A DNA stretch of 64,000 nucleotides from Gemmatimonadaceae bacterium (lineage in GTDB: Bacteria > Gemmatimonadota > Gemmatimonadetes > Gemmatimonadales > Gemmatimonadaceae), in assembly GCA_044229035.1 (NCBI GenBank), contig JBGATT010000005.1:4114-68113 (forward strand), given 5' to 3'. Every line of letters begins with the position of its first letter. The stretch's first letter is position 1. This document shows, piece after piece, positions 58,282 to 64,000 of the stretch. Below the pieces are notes generated by a model. That model saw nothing but the letters and a program-made list of their open reading frames with translations. It was not told the origin of the DNA and ran no database searches. The translations under genes were made by a program, and so were the position numbers.

Positions 58282-58818
58282 TCAGAAGGTGACCGACTGC
58301 TCCTTCACGTCGCCGGTGTGGAAGTAGAGCGCGCGCCGCTGGTCCTCGGGCGCCTTGATGACCGTGACGAGATTCTGCTGGTCGCGATAGACCTCGAAGA
58401 AGAGCGAGTGCACGAGCCCGAGCGTGCGGATCGGCCGAGCGGCGTCGCACTGGACGATCGCCCACCAGACCTTCTCGCCGTTCGGGTCGGCATCGGCGTC
58501 CTGGTCCTCGATCCGGCAGGTGAGCTTCACGCCGTCGGCGCGCACGAGGAAGTGAGACTCGAGGTATCCGGTGAGGGCGGCCTCCGTCGCCGAATCGCGC
58601 GTGACGGGGCGGTGCAGCGCCCTCTCGAGGTCGTCATGGAACACCCGCACGCGCGCGACGACGCTCCTGCCGTCGAGGACGAGGCGCGTGTGCGAGACGT
58701 GCGTGTCGTGCAGGGCCGGCGTCGCGCCCGGCGGGACCGGCGCGCGACCGGCCCCTGTCGTGCCCGCCGCGAAGGCGAGCACGAGGAGGGACCGGACACG
58801 CGAGCGAGAGTGGGTCAC
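58282..58818 (-). CDS. DUF6702-family secreted protein
   Basis: Signal-like N-terminus, then HDTHVSHT...RVFHDDLERAL...LFFEVYRDQQNLV. GTGA overlap with the M1 peptidase stop. Confidence 0.75.
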   Translation of the reverse strand: MTHSRSRVRSLLVLAFAAGTTGAGRAPVPPGATPALHDTHVSHTRLVLDGRSVVARVRVFHDDLERALHRPVTRDSATEAALTGYLESHFLVRADGVKLTCRIEDQDADADPNGEKVWWAIVQCDAARPIRTLGLVHSLFFEVYRDQQNLVTVIKAPEDQRRALYFHTGDVKEQSVTF

Positions 58819-60908
58819 GAGATCGGTTTCGGGGCGGCCTTCCAGACATTGTTCGCGCGATTCACGTCGACGAACGCCTCGGCCGGGTCGACCGTCACCT
58901 GGGTCACCACCTTGTTCGAGAAGAAGCCGTAGACGAACTCCTTCTCGTTGTTGCGCCAGATGTCCGCCGGCAGCTTGATCGTCTCCTTCGTGCCGTCCTC
59001 GTACACGACCTCGAAGTGGAGCGGCATCACCAGTCCCGCCTGCTGCTGGAACGTGAAGCGGTGGTAGTTCGCGCCGCGCGCGTCGGACCCGATCAGCTCC
59101 TTGGCCGACTGTGTCTCCACCGCCGTCACCGCCTGGTCGTTCGCGTAGGTGGTGTAGAACCAGCCGCGCCAGAACCAGTTCGCCTCCTCCCCCGCGCCCG
59201 CGACCAGCGAACGGAAGAAATCCGCCGGCTGCGGGTGCTTGAACATCCACTTCTGCGAGTACTCGCGGAACGCGCGGTCGAACGTCTCCTCGCCCAGCAC
59301 GTGCTCGCGGAGCATCACGAGTCCCGTGGCCGGCTTGGAGTAGCCGTTGTTGCCGAAGTTCGCGTACACCGCGTCCGACTCGGTCATGAGCGGCACCTGG
59401 TTCGGCGCGCGCATGTAGTTCGTCAGGTTCCGCGCCGGTCCGCGCATCGTCTGCCTCGGCCAGGCCGCGTCGAAGTCGAGCGATCCGTAGTACTCTAGGA
59501 ACGAGTTGAGGCCCTCGTCCATCCACGTCCACCGGCGCTCGTCGCTCGCGACGATCATCGGGAACCAATTGTGCCCCACCTCGTGGATCGTCACCGACGC
59601 CAGCGCGTACTCGAGCGACTTGTCGTAGGTGCCGTCGGCCCGCGGGCGCGCCCCGCAGAACGCGATCATCGGGTACTCCATGCCGAAGACCGGCCCGTGG
59701 ACGTTGCTCGCCTGCGGGTACGGGTACTCGAACGCGAGCCGACCGTAGGTGATCATCGTCTGGCGGATCGCCTTCGTGCTGATCTTGTCCCACAGCGGCA
59801 TCGCGTCGCGCGGATAGACCGAGTGGAGCTCGATCACGCGGCCGCCCGGCTGGTAGCGGAAGCCGGCGGCATCCCACACGTACGTCTTGCTCGAGGCCCA
59901 CGCGAAGTCGCGCACGTTCTCGGCCTTGAAGCGCCACGTGATCGGCGCCGTTCCCGCCGGCCGCGCCGACGCCTGGCCGACCTCGTCCGCCTTGACGATG
60001 AAGACCGCGGTGTCGCCCGCCAGCGCCGTCGCGAGCCGCGCCCGCTGCGTTGCCGTCATCGTCTGCAACGGGTTCACGAGCGCCCCGGTCGCGCGCACGA
60101 TGTGGTCGTGCGGCACGGTGATGCTCACGTCGTAGTTGCCGAACTCCAGATAGAACTCGCCCTGGCCGTAGAACTGCACGTTCTGCCAGCCGTTGATGTC
60201 GTCGTAGACCGCCGCGCGCGGGAACCACTGGGCGATCTCGTACAGCCAGCCGTCACGCACCTTCTCGCGCACGCCGCGGCCGTTCCGGCCACCCTCGGGC
60301 ACGATGAACGACCAGTCGATCTCGATCACCGCCCTCTGGCCGGTCGCCAGCGGCGTCGCGAGGTCGATCCGCATCTGCGTGCCGTTCCGGAAGTACTTCG
60401 CGTCCGTCTTCTTCCCGTCGGCCGCCACGAGCTGCACCCGGGGGATGGTGTAGCCGCCGTTCGTCACCGGCTCCGGCGCGAGGAAGCGGCGCGCTTGCTC
60501 GGGGATGTTGCGCGGGAGCGCGCGCTGCGCCAGCGCCGCCCGCGAATCGGTCCGCTCGATGTCCTGGTCGAGCTGCACCCAGACGTACGCGAGCCGGTCC
60601 GGCGAGTTGTTGTGATAGGTCATCCGCTCCGTCCCCGTCACCTTGTGCTCCACGGTGTCGAGCGTCGTGCGGATCACATAGTCCACCTGCTGCTGCCAGT
60701 ACTTCGGGCCGGGGCTCCCGGCGGCGTTGCGATACTCGTTCGGCGCGGGCCATTCCTCCAGCGCGCGGAAGTTCGATTGATTGGTCCGCTTGGTCGTGTC
60801 CGCGTTGAGCCACTGAGGACCACGGGGACCGGTCGGAGCCTGCTGCGCGACGGCCGAGGCCGTCGGACCCGCGAGCAGTGCAAGGAGCAGGAAAGGGCGA
60901 AGTTGCAC
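58815..60908 (-). CDS. Secreted M1-family zinc aminopeptidase
   Basis: GTG start with signal peptide; YWQQ.VDY, QWFPR, NVRDFAW, GMEYP, HEVGHNWF...WMDEG (HEXXH-X18-E), YSKP. Confidence 0.9.
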   Translation of the reverse strand: MQLRPFLLLALLAGPTASAVAQQAPTGPRGPQWLNADTTKRTNQSNFRALEEWPAPNEYRNAAGSPGPKYWQQQVDYVIRTTLDTVEHKVTGTERMTYHNNSPDRLAYVWVQLDQDIERTDSRAALAQRALPRNIPEQARRFLAPEPVTNGGYTIPRVQLVAADGKKTDAKYFRNGTQMRIDLATPLATGQRAVIEIDWSFIVPEGGRNGRGVREKVRDGWLYEIAQWFPRAAVYDDINGWQNVQFYGQGEFYLEFGNYDVSITVPHDHIVRATGALVNPLQTMTATQRARLATALAGDTAVFIVKADEVGQASARPAGTAPITWRFKAENVRDFAWASSKTYVWDAAGFRYQPGGRVIELHSVYPRDAMPLWDKISTKAIRQTMITYGRLAFEYPYPQASNVHGPVFGMEYPMIAFCGARPRADGTYDKSLEYALASVTIHEVGHNWFPMIVASDERRWTWMDEGLNSFLEYYGSLDFDAAWPRQTMRGPARNLTNYMRAPNQVPLMTESDAVYANFGNNGYSKPATGLVMLREHVLGEETFDRAFREYSQKWMFKHPQPADFFRSLVAGAGEEANWFWRGWFYTTYANDQAVTAVETQSAKELIGSDARGANYHRFTFQQQAGLVMPLHFEVVYEDGTKETIKLPADIWRNNEKEFVYGFFSNKVVTQVTVDPAEAFVDVNRANNVWKAAPKPIS

Positions 60909-60940
60909 AGGGATCCCTTGAGAAGTGTCGTGGATGAAGC

Positions 60941-61534
60941 CTAGCGACGAATGGCGGAGCGTCCTAGGAGCGACTCGATGCCTGCGGCGATCTCGTCGAC
61001 CGTCGCCTCGTAGGGGAACGTCTGACGCACCCGCCCCTCGCGATCGAGGAGATAGAGCGTCGTGGAATGGGACACCGAGTAGCGGCCTGCGGATTCCGGC
61101 GTCGGCACGATCTCGTACGATGCGCCGAAGAGCTTGACCACCGCGTCCACCTCGGCACGGGTTCCGGTGAGTCCCACCGCGTCCAGTTGGAAGAGCGCGA
61201 GGTCGGCCTTGAGCACCTCCGGGGTGTCCCGCTCGGGATCGACCGAGATGTAGAGCGTCCGGACATCGCCCTTCGCGTCCCCGAGCCGCCGCATGACCGC
61301 CGAGAGCTTGGAGAGCGTGGTCGGGCAGACGTCCGGACACATCGTGTATCCGAAGAACACCAGCAGCAGCTTCCCGCGCTGGGACTGCAGCTCGAAGCGC
61401 GCCCCGGTGTGGTCGGTGAGCGCGAAGTCGCCGCCGATGGTCGGCGCTGGCGGCGCGCAGCTCCCGGCGGCCACCGCCGCCAGGAGTGCGGCGACTGCGC
61501 GGGCTCGCCGCCAGCGGGAACGCGTGCCGCTCAT
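60941..61534 (-). CDS. SCO1/SenC-family copper chaperone
   Basis: FALTDH.G, FFGYTMCPDVCP (CxxxC), ISVDPERDTP, HS. Confidence 0.93.
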   Translation of the reverse strand: MSGTRSRWRRARAVAALLAAVAAGSCAPPAPTIGGDFALTDHTGARFELQSQRGKLLLVFFGYTMCPDVCPTTLSKLSAVMRRLGDAKGDVRTLYISVDPERDTPEVLKADLALFQLDAVGLTGTRAEVDAVVKLFGASYEIVPTPESAGRYSVSHSTTLYLLDREGRVRQTFPYEATVDEIAAGIESLLGRSAIRR

Positions 61535-61998
61535 GGCATCTGTCCCATCGCGCGCACCGGGGCGACCACGCGCACCTGTGACCCGTCGTCGAGCGTGAGG
61601 ATGGCACGGACCGTGTCGCCCACCACGAGCGGCTTCTTCAGGCCGAAGAGCATGAGGTGATAGCCGCCCGGCCGGAGCGCCGTCTCGCCGCCCGCCGGGA
61701 CCGTGATCGCCTGCACGGGCGACATGCGCATCATGCCGTTCTCGCGCTTCATCTCGTGCAGTTCGAGCGTGTCGCCCACGTCCGCCTTCCCGCGGACCAG
61801 GGATCGCTCCGTGGCTCCGCTGTTCTTCAGGAGCAGGAACATGCCGGTCACGGCACGGCCGGCCGGCACCTCACGCACCCAGGCGTCGCTGGCCGTGACG
61901 GTGGAGGTCTGCGCCGCGAGCGGCGCCCGCGCCATGAGGGAGAGACCGAGGGCGAGCGATAGCGTCGCCGCGCGAGGGAGGGCACGCAGGGGATTCAT
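61531..61998 (-). CDS. PCuAC-family periplasmic copper chaperone
   Basis: Signal peptide; DAWVR, ELHEM....MMRM, LRPGGYHLMLFGL (intact H-x-M...M...H-x-M ligands). Confidence 0.92.
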   Translation of the reverse strand: MNPLRALPRAATLSLALGLSLMARAPLAAQTSTVTASDAWVREVPAGRAVTGMFLLLKNSGATERSLVRGKADVGDTLELHEMKRENGMMRMSPVQAITVPAGGETALRPGGYHLMLFGLKKPLVVGDTVRAILTLDDGSQVRVVAPVRAMGQMP

Positions 61999-62873
61999 GG
62001 GTCGACATCCTGGGTTGAGGGAGTGCGGAGCGAGATCACGTAGCGCGCGAGCGACCGTCGCTCGCGTTCGGACAGGTGGGCGTAGAGCGGCATCGCGCCG
62101 CCATTCGGGATGCCGGTCGCGATCGTCTGGGCGATCGCGGACTCGTCGATCCCGTTCTTGAAGGCCGCCGCCTCGCGGAAGTCGCGTGGCGGCGGCGTGA
62201 GGGTGTGCGCCACGGGACCATCCCCGTGGCCGGTCGTCCCATGACAACCCGCGCAGCCGTCGGATGCATAGAGCGCGCGCCCCTCGGCGAGACTGGGCTC
62301 GGCGGCGACGGCGGCGCCTGGACTCGTCGCCAGCAGGGTGTCGAGGTCGGCATAGCGGACCACGGCCGCGGTCCCGCGCGCCCGTTCTCCGCTCTCGAGC
62401 CAGACGGTCACGCGCGCCGAATCGCCGACGGCGAACGGACGCGTGAGCGAGTCGAGCACGACCGAATAGCCACCCGGCGCGAAGCGCAGCGTTCCGAGCG
62501 CCGGGATCTGGATGGACGCGACGGGCGTCAGCAAGCTGGTCGGCCCCATCAGTGAGTCGGCCGGCGCCATCCGGTGCGCGGTCGTCGTCCGCATCTCCGT
62601 CACCGATGCGCCCTCCACTGCCACCCGTGCGATGCGCACGGGACGCGCGCTGGTGTTGCGGACGGTGAGGTACAGCGCCGTCGGCGCGCTCGCGAGCGGG
62701 ACGATCGCCGCGCGCTCGACGCGGATCGGGGCCGCCGCTTCATCGCAGGCGACCGCGAGCAACGCCGCGAGGAGCGCCGCGCGAAGCGGTGCCCGCGGTG
62801 GTGCGCACCGTGGTGCGCGCGATGGCACGACCCGCGGCGCGAGCGCCGCGTCGGTCGACGGGAACGGATGCAT
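61995..62873 (-). CDS. Lipoprotein: degenerate PCuAC-like domain fused to a class I cytochrome c
   Basis: LAVA-C; ALYLTVRN, IQIPA.GTLRFAPGGYSVVL; heme motif CAGCH, GHGDGP, PPRDF, axial MP. Start is either ATG 62873 or GTG 62882. Confidence 0.8.
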   Translation of the reverse strand: MHPFPSTDAALAPRVVPSRAPRCAPPRAPLRAALLAALLAVACDEAAAPIRVERAAIVPLASAPTALYLTVRNTSARPVRIARVAVEGASVTEMRTTTAHRMAPADSLMGPTSLLTPVASIQIPALGTLRFAPGGYSVVLDSLTRPFAVGDSARVTVWLESGERARGTAAVVRYADLDTLLATSPGAAVAAEPSLAEGRALYASDGCAGCHGTTGHGDGPVAHTLTPPPRDFREAAAFKNGIDESAIAQTIATGIPNGGAMPLYAHLSERERRSLARYVISLRTPSTQDVDP

Positions 62874-62940
62874 GGATGGCACTCCGAATGGTCCTGCGCC
62901 GCGCTCGTGCGTGAGGCGGCGGCCCAGCGTCAGCCGAGGC

Positions 62941-63339
62941 TCAGGCCGGAGGACCCTGCGCGAAGGGGAGCAGGTGCGGGCGCGTCGCCGCCGGTGGTGG
63001 CGGGGTGGCTGCCACCACGCGTTGCGAGGGCAGGATCGAGACGGCGACGACGGTCGCCGGCGGCATGGGGATCAGGGCGGTCGGGACGCTGCAGCACGAG
63101 GCGTCGCAGTCGCACGGCACAGCCGGTGCGTCGCCCGGGGCATCCTTCGGCACGCGCGCGCCATGTGCTGCATCTGCGTCGTGGACGTCGTGGACGTCGT
63201 GCGCGCGAACCGTTGCGCGATCCGCGACGCCATGCGGCATCGGGCAGGGCATCGCCGTCGGAGCCGCCGCATTGAACAGCGCGAGCCACGCGCCCAACAG
63301 CAGGGCGAGCGGACGGCGGCGGCGAAGGCGCACGAGCAT
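62941..63339 (-). CDS. His/Cys-rich exported leader protein, DUF2946 (CruR/CutF)-like, ending in QGPP
   Basis: Basic and hydrophobic N-terminus, CPMPH, HDVHDVHD..H, CDCDASCC, Pro-rich tail PHLLPFAQGPPA. Confidence 0.65.
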   Translation of the reverse strand: MLVRLRRRRPLALLLGAWLALFNAAAPTAMPCPMPHGVADRATVRAHDVHDVHDADAAHGARVPKDAPGDAPAVPCDCDASCCSVPTALIPMPPATVVAVSILPSQRVVAATPPPPAATRPHLLPFAQGPPA

Positions 63340-63399
63340 ACTGCAACCTATACTCGCTGCTCGGCGGCGGCAGTCCCCGACTCGGCCTTCCATGCGGGT

Positions 63400-63996
63400 T
63401 CACGATCCCATGAGCCGATCCAGCAGCATGGTCGCACCGATCCCCGCCGTCGCACCCGAGAGCACCAGCACCCAGTCGCGCCGCGCCCAGCCGAGCACCC
63501 GAACCGCCGCGAGTCCCAGTGCGAAGACCACCGCGACGATCAGGATCTGGCCCGCCTCGAGTCCCACGTTGAACGCGAACAGCGGGAGCGTGATCGATTC
63601 CTCGCCGCCGAGCAGCGCGCGCAGGTAGCCGCTGAAGCCGAGTCCGTGCACCAGGCCGAACATCGCCGCGATGCCGTACCGCCGCCACCATGCGCGACCC
63701 GACGGGGCATGCGCAGCGTCGCGCTGGTCGTGGATCGATGTGAGGGCCGTGAGCACGATCGTCGCCGCGATCGCCGGTTCGACGATCGTCGCCGGGACGC
63801 GCACCAGGTCGAGCGTCGCGAGCGCGAGCGTCACCGAATGCCCGAGCGTGAAGGCCGTGACGAGCCACGCGATGCGGCGCCACTCGCGCGGTCCGTAGGC
63901 CGCCGTCAGCGCGGCGACGAACAGGATGTGGTCGTAGGCGCGCAGGTCGGCGATGTGCGCGAATCCGAGTCGCAGGTAGACGGCGAACTCGCTCAC
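63400..63996 (-). CDS. HupE/UreJ-family membrane protein
   Basis: LGFAHI....YDHILFV, VTAFTLGHSVTL, VEPAIAATI, FGLVHGLGF, LFAFNVGLEAGQ. Confidence 0.9.
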   Translation of the reverse strand: MSEFAVYLRLGFAHIADLRAYDHILFVAALTAAYGPREWRRIAWLVTAFTLGHSVTLALATLDLVRVPATIVEPAIAATIVLTALTSIHDQRDAAHAPSGRAWWRRYGIAAMFGLVHGLGFSGYLRALLGGEESITLPLFAFNVGLEAGQILIVAVVFALGLAAVRVLGWARRDWVLVLSGATAGIGATMLLDRLMGS

Positions 63997-64000
63997 GGCG

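Overview
GC-rich bacterial chromosomal segment, densely coding, with about 50 genes. The gene families suggest Gemmatimonadota; this is an inference and no marker gene is present. I found no rRNA, tRNA, CRISPR array, transposase or phage gene. The main block (4.2-17.8 kb) is a beta-glucan (probably beta-1,3/laminarin) utilization locus of two convergent operons. It encodes a multi-repeat carbohydrate-binding lipoprotein, a ROK repressor, GH16, a GPH-family MFS importer, two GH3 enzymes and a ~1056-aa clan GH-A hydrolase apparently fused to an outer-membrane beta-barrel. Both operons start with TTGACA followed by the same palindrome, CTTTGTTC-N7-GAACAAAG, and the locus has no SusC/SusD pair. 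At the right end, a His/Cys-rich secreted leader ORF ending in QGPP precedes a degenerate PCuAC-cytochrome c fusion, PCuAC and SCO. That copper cassette lies between HupE/UreJ and an M1 peptidase-DUF6702 pair. Other points: an output-less PAS/GAF sensor, an esterase-like/GH36-like fusion, a frameshifted TPR-GH gene, barrel-less TonB-plug proteins and many apparent leaderless promoters. All product calls come from motif recognition by eye, not from database searches.
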